A stretch of 64,000 nucleotides of DNA from Flavobacteriales bacterium. GTDB taxonomy: Bacteria > Bacteroidota > Bacteroidia > Flavobacteriales_F > PHOS-HE28. Positions within the stretch are counted from its first letter, which is position 1, and each line of letters opens with the position of its first letter. Location of the stretch: NCBI GenBank assembly GCA_016700415.1, contig CP065018.1, positions 3,765,284 to 3,829,283 on the forward strand, given 5' to 3'. The position numbers and the translations under genes were made by a program. Positions 57,387 through 64,000 of this stretch are shown here, one piece after another. The notes beneath the pieces are model-generated. The model searched no databases, was not told the DNA's origin, and worked only from the letters and a program-made list of their open reading frames with translations.

Positions 57387-58763
57387 ATGCAACACAAGAC
57401 CATCATCGAGCCCTTCCGCATCAAGAGCGTGGAGCCCATCAGCGTGGGCACCGAAGCGGAGCGCACGCAATACCTGAAGGACGCCCACTACAATCCGTTC
57501 CTGCTGCGATCGGACAATGTGGTGATCGACTTCATGACCGATAGCGGCACCAGCGCCATGAGCGCCCGGCAATGGGCGGGCATGATGGAGGGCGATGAGG
57601 CCTATGCCGGTTCGCGGAGCTGGGAGCGCATGGAGCGGGAAGTGCGGGACCTCACCGGCATGGCGTACATCCTCCCCACGCACCAAGGCCGCGCCGCGGA
57701 ACGCATCATCTATGGCCACTTGGGCGGCCCGGGCAAGGTCTTCATCAGCAACACGCACTTCGATACCACACGCGCCAACATCGAGTTCAGCGGCGCCACC
57801 GCCATCGACATCCCCATCGCCGAAGGGAAGGACACGGCCTTGGAGCATCCGTTCAAGGGCAACATGGACGTGGGCGAGCTGGACCGCTTGCTGAAGGAGC
57901 ACAAGGGCCATGTGGGCGCGGTGATCCTCACGGTGACCAACAACAGCGGAGGCGGCCAGCCGGTGAGCATGGCCAATGCGGAGAGCATCGCCGCGATCTG
58001 CAAGCGGCACGGTGTGCTCTACTTGCTGGATTGCTGCCGCATCGCGGAGAACAGCTGGTTCATCAAGCACCGGGAGGAAGGCATGGAAGGCTTGACCTAT
58101 CGCCAGATCGCGCAACGCATGTTCGCCCTGACCGATGGCGCCGTGATGAGCGCCAAGAAGGACGCGCTGGTGAACATGGGCGGCTTTCTGGCCTTGAAGG
58201 ACGAGGTCTTGGCCGAGGCCTGCATCAACCTCTTGATCATCACGGAGGGCTTTGCGACCTATGGCGGATTGTCCGGCCGCGACATGGAGGCGATCGCGAT
58301 CGGCCTGCAGGAGATCTTCGATCCGCACTATCTGGACTACCGGATCAAGAGCACCCTTTTCCTCGGGAAGAAGATGCACGAGCTGGGCGTTCCGCTGATG
58401 ATGCCCATCGGTGGGCACGCGGTGTACGTGGACGCGAAGAAGCTGTATCCCCACATCCCGCCGCATGAATATCCCGGGCAGGCCCTGGTGGGCGAACTGT
58501 ACAAGCTGGGCGGCATCCGCACGGTGGAGATCGGCTCCGTGATGTTCGGCACCTACAACGCCGACGGCACGCTGAATCCCGCGCCCATGGAGCTGGTGCG
58601 CTTAGCCATTCCGCGCCGGGTGTACACGCAGAGCCACATCGAATACGTGGTGGAGACCTTCGAGGAGATCATGAAGCAGCGCGACCGGGTACGCGGGTTG
58701 AAGATCACCAAGGAGCCGCGTTTCCTGCGCCACTTCACCGCGCACTTCGAGCCATTGACATGA
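57387..58763 (+). CDS. tnaA: tryptophanase (beta-eliminating lyase, TnaA-like paralog)
   Basis: MQHKTIIEPFRIKSVEPI..., NTHFDTTRANIE (TnaA-type vs [11 protein letters not shown]), [13 protein letters not shown]-terminal PRFLRHFTAHFEPL like E. coli TnaA PKVLRHFTAKLKEV. Confidence 0.8.
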   Translation: MQHKTIIEPFRIKSVEPISVGTEAERTQYLKDAHYNPFLLRSDNVVIDFMTDSGTSAMSARQWAGMMEGDEAYAGSRSWERMEREVRDLTGMAYILPTHQGRAAERIIYGHLGGPGKVFISNTHFDTTRANIEFSGATAIDIPIAEGKDTALEHPFKGNMDVGELDRLLKEHKGHVGAVILTVTNNSGGGQPVSMANAESIAAICKRHGVLYLLDCCRIAENSWFIKHREEGMEGLTYRQIAQRMFALTDGAVMSAKKDALVNMGGFLALKDEVLAEACINLLIITEGFATYGGLSGRDMEAIAIGLQEIFDPHYLDYRIKSTLFLGKKMHELGVPLMMPIGGHAVYVDAKKLYPHIPPHEYPGQALVGELYKLGGIRTVEIGSVMFGTYNADGTLNPAPMELVRLAIPRRVYTQSHIEYVVETFEEIMKQRDRVRGLKITKEPRFLRHFTAHFEPLT

Positions 58764-59215
58764 GCAACGGACCGATGGACCGGCCGGTGCGTGTCACCAA
58801 GCGCTTCACCTTCGAGATGGCCCATGCGCTGCGGTGCCACGATGGCCTCTGCGCCCAGATCCATGGGCACTCGTACGTGTTGGACGTTACGTTGATCGGG
58901 AAGCCGCGCAATGAGCCGGAACACCCGAAGGACGGCATGGTGATCGACTTCGCCGAGCTGAAGAAGCTGGTGAATAAGGCCGTGGTGGAGCATTACGACC
59001 ATGCACTGGTGCTGCACGAGAAGGACCGCGACCAGGCCTCCTCCGGCCACGAACTCTTCGGCCGGACGCGCTTCACGCCATGGCAGCCCAGTTGCGAGAA
59101 TGTGCTGCTGGACATCGTGGAGCGCTTGCAGAAGGCACTGCCGGAGAAGGACGCGCTGTACGCCGTCCGCCTTCAGGAAACGGCCACGAGCTGGGCGGAG
59201 TGGGGGCGGGGTTGA
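58760..59215 (+). CDS. queD: 6-carboxy-5,6,7,8-tetrahydropterin synthase / 6-pyruvoyl-tetrahydropterin synthase family
   Basis: VTKRFTFEMAHALRCHDGLCAQIHGHSYVLDVTLIG...GMVIDFAELKKLV...HYDHALVL (Zn-binding CxxxHGH motif). Confidence 0.75.
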   Translation: MSNGPMDRPVRVTKRFTFEMAHALRCHDGLCAQIHGHSYVLDVTLIGKPRNEPEHPKDGMVIDFAELKKLVNKAVVEHYDHALVLHEKDRDQASSGHELFGRTRFTPWQPSCENVLLDIVERLQKALPEKDALYAVRLQETATSWAEWGRG

Positions 59216-59220
59216 TCAGA

Positions 59221-59607
59221 TCAAGCCTTCACGAGCGGCACATCGTATTGCGCGAAGTGCGGGTCGGCCGTGAGCAGTTGCATGCCTTCGGCCTTGGCTT
59301 GGGCGATCAACATTCGGTCGAACGGGTCGCGGTGGTGTAAGGGAAGCTTGGATAGTTCGAGTATATGTGGCATTGTAACGGGCCGGGGAACGAACCCTCC
59401 GTTGGTGAATGACTTGAAGAAATCCTCGATCGGGCTATGGAGTTCCAGCTTCCCGAGCGCATGCTTGATCCCGATCTCCCACAATGATGCAATGCTCACG
59501 AGACATTCATGCTTTGGGTTCTCGATGATCGCTCTAGTGGCAGGGGTGCATTCCCGTTGACCCAGAACGAACCAGAGGAAGACATGGGTGTCCAGCAACA
59601 CCTTCAT
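59221..59607 (-). CDS. vapC: PIN-domain toxin VapC
   Basis: MKVLLDTHVFLWFVLGQREC...IASLWEIGIKHALGKL...DPFDRMLIAQAKAEGMQLLTADPHFAQYDVPLVKA. Confidence 0.8.
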   Translation of the reverse strand: MKVLLDTHVFLWFVLGQRECTPATRAIIENPKHECLVSIASLWEIGIKHALGKLELHSPIEDFFKSFTNGGFVPRPVTMPHILELSKLPLHHRDPFDRMLIAQAKAEGMQLLTADPHFAQYDVPLVKA

Positions 59608-59837
59608 TCCATGTATTCTTTGAAGTCATCAAGCGGGTCATCGAAGTCCTTGGAAATGGTGGCCATGCCTTTGGCGATGCCGAATACACGCGGCTTCTTT
59701 GCGTCGTTATCCTGTGGAACCCCTGCCTGCTTCTTTTGCTCCCATTGTTCCATGAGTGAAGCAATGAAGTCAAGCACCTTCTTCCTCACCTCCTCCGGAA
59801 GTGAGTCGAGCTGGATGTATGGGTCGTGCGTGGCCAT
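59604..59837 (-). CDS. type II antitoxin partnered with VapC (VapB-like)
   Basis: 77 aa, ATGA overlap with vapC; 70% identical to second copy at 62013..62237. Confidence 0.65.
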   Translation of the reverse strand: MATHDPYIQLDSLPEEVRKKVLDFIASLMEQWEQKKQAGVPQDNDAKKPRVFGIAKGMATISKDFDDPLDDFKEYME

Positions 59838-59854
59838 ATTTCAAAGATAGGCGA

Positions 59855-59905
59855 TCAGGACTTCACGAGCGGCACGTTGTAATGAGCGACATTTGGGTCG
59901 ACGGC
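59855..59905 (-). pseudogene. 3' remnant of a second vapC copy
   Basis: Minus-strand ...DPNVAHYNVPLVKS* matches C-terminus of intact VapC (DPHFAQYDVPLVKA*) and is spaced from the upstream antitoxin stop as in the intact pair; upstream sequence unrelated to VapC. Confidence 0.55.
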
Positions 59906-60149
59906 CTTACCGGCGCTCGGCGTAGTGCATGCCGCTCCGAAGTAACGCTGTGCTGCAGTCTGAAGACTGCCTATGGCTCCTGTGCATCTGTCCACTCCGG
60001 GGAGCAGGCCCACCAGTGACCCCTGCCGTTCATTCAGGAACCCATATTCCGGTTGGCAGGGAACACTGGCGGGAGCGGGGGGAAAATGATTGGTAAATGA
60101 TTTACCACTAAATGCCAATGTGCTCCGTTCATATTATTTTTTTAAAAAA

Positions 60150-60851
60150 TTAAACATTTACTCCAAAAAGGTAACCAACTAACGCAGAAAGTACCATTGC
60201 AATTGTTCCCCAAATTGTAATGCGTAAGATAGCTTTTTTTATACTTGACCCACCTGTTTTTGCAGCTGTTGTTCCAAGTATTATTAAGAATATAGTAGTA
60301 AAGCCATACAACCAATATTCCATTCCTTTTACTGGTGCAAATAGAATTACTAAAAGTGGTAAAACACCACCAACAGTAAATGCAGCACCTGATGCTATTG
60401 CAGCTTGAATTGGATTAGCTTGACTTATTTCATTGATGCCTAATTCATCTCTAATGTGAGTTCCTAATGCATCTTCTTCTGTCAATTCAATTGCTACTTG
60501 CATTGCGGTTACTTTTTTAAGTCCACGCTTCTCATAGATTTGAGCCAAAATATTTAGTTCTTCTTTTGGCATTTCTTTGAGTTCTTTTATTTCTCTTTCG
60601 ATGTCTGCTTTTTCTGTATCTGTTTGCGAACTTACAGAAACATACTCGCCTGCTGCCATTGATAAAGCACCTGCTACAAGTCCAGCGACTGTTGCTAACA
60701 ATATTGGTTCTCTTGTCGAACTTGCTGCTGCAACACCAATAGCAAGACTTGAAATAGAAATAATTCCGTCATTTGCCCCCAAAACGGCTGCTCTTAACCA
60801 GTTACTTCGGTGTATGTAATGATTGTCTAAATAGTTGTCGATTGTTATCAT
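60150..60851 (-). CDS. VIT1/CCC1-family (vacuolar iron transporter-like) membrane protein
   Basis: 233 aa; WLRAAVLGANDGIISISSLAIGVAAAS...ATVAGLVAGALSMAAGEYVSVSSQ...; AT-rich codon usage unlike host. Confidence 0.7.
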   Translation of the reverse strand: MITIDNYLDNHYIHRSNWLRAAVLGANDGIISISSLAIGVAAASSTREPILLATVAGLVAGALSMAAGEYVSVSSQTDTEKADIEREIKELKEMPKEELNILAQIYEKRGLKKVTAMQVAIELTEEDALGTHIRDELGINEISQANPIQAAIASGAAFTVGGVLPLLVILFAPVKGMEYWLYGFTTIFLIILGTTAAKTGGSSIKKAILRITIWGTIAMVLSALVGYLFGVNV

Positions 60852-60884
60852 TGTCTTGTTGTTGTCGGGTTGCTTTAAAATTAC

Positions 60885-61016
60885 GCCTAACGGTTTGCAG
60901 CTACCCGAAGGGCGGGATTTTTACCAATAAACCTCATTCGGAGCACTGAACTTTCGGCTACCACAAATGTGTCTGTGGAGCACGAAACCCCGCCTTTTGG
61001 GTAGGTGCTGTTAGCA
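60885..61016 (-). other. integron attC recombination site of the OXA cassette (R''-L''...L'-R')
   Basis: Minus strand: R'' TGCTAAC (61016-61010) - AGCAC - L'' CTACCCAAAAGGCGGGGT ... L' ATCCCGCCCTTCGGGTAG - 9 nt - R' GTTAGGC (60891-60885); R'' is exact complement of cassette-start core G|TTAGCA at 61857-61851. Confidence 0.75.
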
Positions 61017-61026
61017 GCAGCAATTC

Positions 61027-61842
61027 TCATTTGTCAGTCAGTTTAAGGTCGTCAAGTATTAAATAAACAATGTCAATTCGTGCATTTGCAAAGTCCTTGT
61101 TGTTTAAGTCAGCCGATTGAATGCAATTAGCAAAATAATAAACTTTGTTTTCAGTCTCCAAATAGCCAACATACCAACCAACATCTTTGTTGTCTTGTCC
61201 GCCCCAACCAGTTTTTGCTCTTACTACATAGTCCAACGTGTCCTTTGCAATCATTATGTTTTTTACAATGTCAACTGAACGCTGTGAAAAAGGAAGTTGG
61301 TTGTCGTGAAGTCGCTTTAAAAAGTCAATTTGTTGTTTGGGTGAAATACGAAGTCCGCCAGTCAGCCAAAACTTGTCAATGCCGCCTGATGTGTCTGCGT
61401 TGCCATAGTTTGCTTTGTCAAGCCAGTATTTCATTTGCTGTCCGCCTACTCGTCTGGCAAGTTCTTGATAATACCAAACAGTCGAATTTTTGAAAGCTGT
61501 TTTTAAGTCGTGGTCGGTGTTCCAGTTTGGATTTTGTCTGGTTACGCTGTCCCACGGAATTACAAAATTCTCGTCTTTAATTACTCCCGTCTCAAGTCCG
61601 ATAAGAGAGTTACAAATTTTAAAAGTCGAAGCAGGTGAAAAAGTTTGCTCGAACTGGTTTTGGTTGTAAAAAATATAATTGTCGGTTTGAGGGTCATAAA
61701 GCACGAAAGAACCGTTAACATTAAACTGGTCGTAATACTTTTTAAAATCGTTACGAATTTCAGTCGTCTGTTTTTGCTTACAGGCTGTCAGTCCAATAAC
61801 AGCTAAAGTCAATATTAATATGGTCTGTTTCATTGTCGTCAT
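61027..61842 (-). CDS. class D (OXA-type) beta-lactamase, lipoprotein signal
   Basis: 271 aa; signal LTLAVIGLTAC; class D motifs PASTFKI (S-T-F-K), ANYGNAD (Y-G-N), RAKTGWG (K-T-G); low-GC cassette-borne. Confidence 0.85.
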   Translation of the reverse strand: MTTMKQTILILTLAVIGLTACKQKQTTEIRNDFKKYYDQFNVNGSFVLYDPQTDNYIFYNQNQFEQTFSPASTFKICNSLIGLETGVIKDENFVIPWDSVTRQNPNWNTDHDLKTAFKNSTVWYYQELARRVGGQQMKYWLDKANYGNADTSGGIDKFWLTGGLRISPKQQIDFLKRLHDNQLPFSQRSVDIVKNIMIAKDTLDYVVRAKTGWGGQDNKDVGWYVGYLETENKVYYFANCIQSADLNNKDFANARIDIVYLILDDLKLTDK

Positions 61843-62012
61843 ATTGTTGCTGCTAACTAGTCGGTTGACGCTATATGTGGTTTATTTCCGGACTTGGTTT
61901 GTGCTTGGAGTTGGGTTTATCGCACTATTTGGGCATGTAAAGCCCAATAGGCTTTCGGTCTCCGAAGGTCGTCCAATGTAGCGCAGCTTTGCTGTTACCC
62001 GATGTGAGCGTT

Positions 62013-62237
62013 TCATTCCATGTACTCCTTGAAGTCATCCAGGGGCTCGTCGAAATCATCTGGAATAGTTGCCATTCCTTTGGCCAACCCGGCGATCAGC
62101 TTTTTCTTTGGCGACACTTCTTGTGCTGGGTTATTCCGCTCCCATTCCACCATCAGTTCCGTGATGAACGCAAGCACCTTCTTCCTCACCTCCTCCGGGA
62201 GTGAGTCGAGCTGGATGTATGGGTCGTGGGCGGCCAT
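62013..62237 (-). CDS. type II antitoxin (VapB-like), orphan second copy
   Basis: MAAHDPYIQLDSLPEEVRKKVLAFITELMVEWERNN...GMATIPDDFDEPLDDFKEYME; cognate vapC start replaced by unrelated sequence. Confidence 0.6.
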   Translation of the reverse strand: MAAHDPYIQLDSLPEEVRKKVLAFITELMVEWERNNPAQEVSPKKKLIAGLAKGMATIPDDFDEPLDDFKEYME

Positions 62238-62292
62238 ATTTCAAAGATAGGCCGATCAGCTCCAAGGCTGCTTGGAGCGTGGACTTACAACC

Positions 62293-62682
62293 TCACACCC
62301 TTTCCACCACGCGCTTCAAGGCATCGCGCACTTGTGTCGCGAGGGGCTCTATGGCCGGATTGTCCACGGCGCTCATGGCGGCCGCGGGGTCGATGGCCGC
62401 CACTTGATGCTTTCCGTCGGGCAGTTGCCGGAGGATGACATTGCACGGTAGCATGGTGCTGATGAGCGGCTCCAAGGTGACCACCTGGTCCGCGAACACC
62501 GGATTGCAGGCGCCCAGGATCAGGTGCGGCAAATGGTCCTTGTTCAGCTTTTTCTTCAATGTGGCCTGCAGGTCGATCTCCGTGAGCACACCGAAGCCTT
62601 CGGTCTTCAGCGCTTCCACGGTGCGTTCCTTCAAGGTGGCCATGTCGGTGTTGGCGATGGTACGGGTGATGGCGTAGTTCAT
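62293..62682 (-). CDS. DUF302 domain protein
   Basis: MNYAITRTIANTDMATLKERTVEALKTEGFGVLTEIDLQATLKKKLNKDHLPHLILGACNP. Confidence 0.65.
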   Translation of the reverse strand: MNYAITRTIANTDMATLKERTVEALKTEGFGVLTEIDLQATLKKKLNKDHLPHLILGACNPVFADQVVTLEPLISTMLPCNVILRQLPDGKHQVAAIDPAAAMSAVDNPAIEPLATQVRDALKRVVERV

Positions 62683-62786
62683 GGTGATGTGGGTTGATCC
62701 CATACGGGGATGTGCAGGTGGTACAAAGGTCCGCCGGATACAGCGGACGGTATGTGATGAAGGTCACGGTTGCGAGGGATCCCGCT

Positions 62787-63794
62787 TCAGCCGCCGATGG
62801 CCTGCATGGCCCGGTTCCCGGTATGGTTCCCCGGATCGCTGAACTCCTCCAAGGATTCCATACCGCCGCGTGCCTTCTTCTTATGAAGGACGTTGCTGCG
62901 GATCAGCTCGGTGATGTCCTCTCCCTTGCGGTAGGCGCTCAACAGGTCGCTTTCCGTGCCGGAGAAGAGGCAGTTTTTCATGCGGCCGTCGGCGGTAAGG
63001 CGCAGCCGGTTGCACGAATCGCAGAACGGGTTGGTCACCGTGCTGATGACCGCGAACGATCCCTGGTGCCCTTTGATCCGGTAGTGTTTGGCCGTGTCGT
63101 GGGGGCCGTCGATCATCCGTTCGATGTTGTCCGCTCCGAACCGGGTCCCCACCGTGTCAAGGACCTCCTGCAAGGAGACGCCCTTGCTCCAGTCCCACTT
63201 GTTCCCGTCAAAGGGCATGAACTCGATGAAACGGACCCGGACGCCCTCGTCGGCGGTCCATTGCACAAAGTCGCCGATCTCGTCGTCGTTCGTGCCGCGG
63301 ATCAATACCGTGTTCACCTTCACGTCGAAGCCCCTGTCCATCAGCAGGCGGATGTTGCCAATCACCTCCTTGTAATGGTCGCGCCGCGTGATCCGCTGCA
63401 TGCGTTCCGGCCTCAAGGTGTCCAAGCTCACGTTGACATTGCGGACCCCGTATCGTTCGAACACGTCGATGAAGCGGTCCACCAGTACGCCGTTGGTGGT
63501 GATGGCGAGCTCTATGGGCAGCTTGGACAGGCCCTCGATGATCTCCGCCGCATCGTTCCGCACCAGCGGCTCGCCACCGGTCAGGCGGATCTTGCGCACG
63601 CCCATGGAAACGAAGGTGCCTGCGATGGCAAGCAGTTCCTCCTGCCGCATGAACTCCTCCCGGGGCCGAAGTGCGATACCCTCCTCGGGCATGCAATAGA
63701 AGCACCGCATGTTGCAGCGCTCCGTAAGGGAGATGCGCAGGTAGTCGTGCCTTCTTCCGAAAGTATCTGTCAACAGGGTGCTGCGGTCGGTCAT
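62787..63794 (-). CDS. moaA: GTP 3',8-cyclase (molybdenum cofactor biosynthesis protein A)
   Basis: LRISLTERCNMRCFYCMP (radical SAM CxxxCxxC), ...IRLTGGEPL..., C-terminal FCDSCNRLRLTADG second cluster. Confidence 0.85.
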   Translation of the reverse strand: MTDRSTLLTDTFGRRHDYLRISLTERCNMRCFYCMPEEGIALRPREEFMRQEELLAIAGTFVSMGVRKIRLTGGEPLVRNDAAEIIEGLSKLPIELAITTNGVLVDRFIDVFERYGVRNVNVSLDTLRPERMQRITRRDHYKEVIGNIRLLMDRGFDVKVNTVLIRGTNDDEIGDFVQWTADEGVRVRFIEFMPFDGNKWDWSKGVSLQEVLDTVGTRFGADNIERMIDGPHDTAKHYRIKGHQGSFAVISTVTNPFCDSCNRLRLTADGRMKNCLFSGTESDLLSAYRKGEDITELIRSNVLHKKKARGGMESLEEFSDPGNHTGNRAMQAIGG

Positions 63795-63801
63795 CGCCCG
63801 G

Positions 63802-64000
63802 TCAGTTCGCGATGCGGTCGAACTCCTCCGTGGTGATCAGCTTATGCGCCAAGGGGAAGAGGATGTTGTCCTCGCGATGGATGTGCAGGCGGAGCAGCTC
63901 GGTGAGCTCCCTGCCCGTGTTGAAGGAGGTGTCCAGCACGAACATGGCCGAGCGGGCATCGGGCAATCGGGCGGCCAGGCCGAGCATGTTGAAGCAGAGC
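63802..64000 (-). CDS. hemerythrin-like (HHE cation-binding) domain protein, partial; continues beyond window end
   Basis: ...LHIHREDNILFPLAHKLITTEEFDRIAN* C-terminal hemerythrin-like signature; ORF open to window edge. Confidence 0.4.
   Translation of the reverse strand, partial: LCFNMLGLAARLPDARSAMFVLDTSFNTGRELTELLRLHIHREDNILFPLAHKLITTEEFDRIAN

Larger units (their letters stand above)
60090..62000. mobile_element. low-GC (about 38-40%) foreign DNA island containing an integron-type gene cassette; CALIN-like, no integrase in window
   Basis: Abrupt GC drop between about 60090 and 62000 within a 62% GC background; carries OXA-type beta-lactamase + attC and a VIT-family gene; flanked by vapC remnant and orphan vapB copy. 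Confidence 0.75.

Noticed and set aside
60060-60150. attC site for the VIT-family gene
   Set aside because: No RYYYAAC...GTTRRRY pair with complementary cores; only a palindrome (TGGTAAATGATTTACCA) and weak similarity to the OXA attC start
61858-62012. attI site or attC of a vapB cassette upstream of the OXA cassette
   Set aside because: No complementary core sites or L''/L' inverted repeats; only a small CTTCGG/CCGAAAG hairpin

Overview
High-GC (about 60-65% GC) chromosomal segment from a member of the FCB group (Bacteroidota/Rhodothermota-like), inferred from several T9SS C-terminal sorting domains and a PorT-like beta-barrel. Long GC-rich antisense ORFs in the six-frame track are treated as artefacts. 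The backbone carries housekeeping genes (pnp, rpsO, accD, fbaB, an Omp85-family protein, trmH-like, menG/ubiE, a stand-alone heptose-7-P kinase, aspC, meaB, BCKDH E1 alpha/beta fusion, class II RNR, nadAB, queD, moaA). It also carries a complete clade-II nitrous-oxide reductase cluster (cyt c, nnrS-like, cyt c, nosZ-nosB-nosL-nosD-nosF-nosY), a tandem pair of beta-eliminating lyases (one TPL-like, one TnaA-like) and four GNAT acetyltransferase paralogs. Accessory content is dense. At 7.6-11.5 kb an IS256-family element with an 8-bp target duplication sits upstream of a 29-copy 8-bp microsatellite, and an IS3-family element with a 3-bp duplication is inserted into codon 7 of a T9SS cargo gene. 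Two MITE-like elements with perfect TIRs and target duplications lie at 17.4 kb and 20.6 kb, and a fragment of the first recurs between the two lyase genes. A 40-bp repeat follows two genes. The most notable feature is a roughly 1.9-kb low-GC island (60.1-62.0 kb). It carries an OXA-type class D beta-lactamase gene cassette with a well-formed attC site (R'' TGCTAAC and R' G|TTAGCA perfectly complementary, L''/L' inverted repeats) and a VIT/CCC1-family transporter gene. The island sits inside a tandem-duplicated vapBC toxin-antitoxin locus whose second vapC is reduced to a 3' remnant. No integron integrase is visible in the window, so it looks like a CALIN (cluster of attC sites lacking an integron-integrase).
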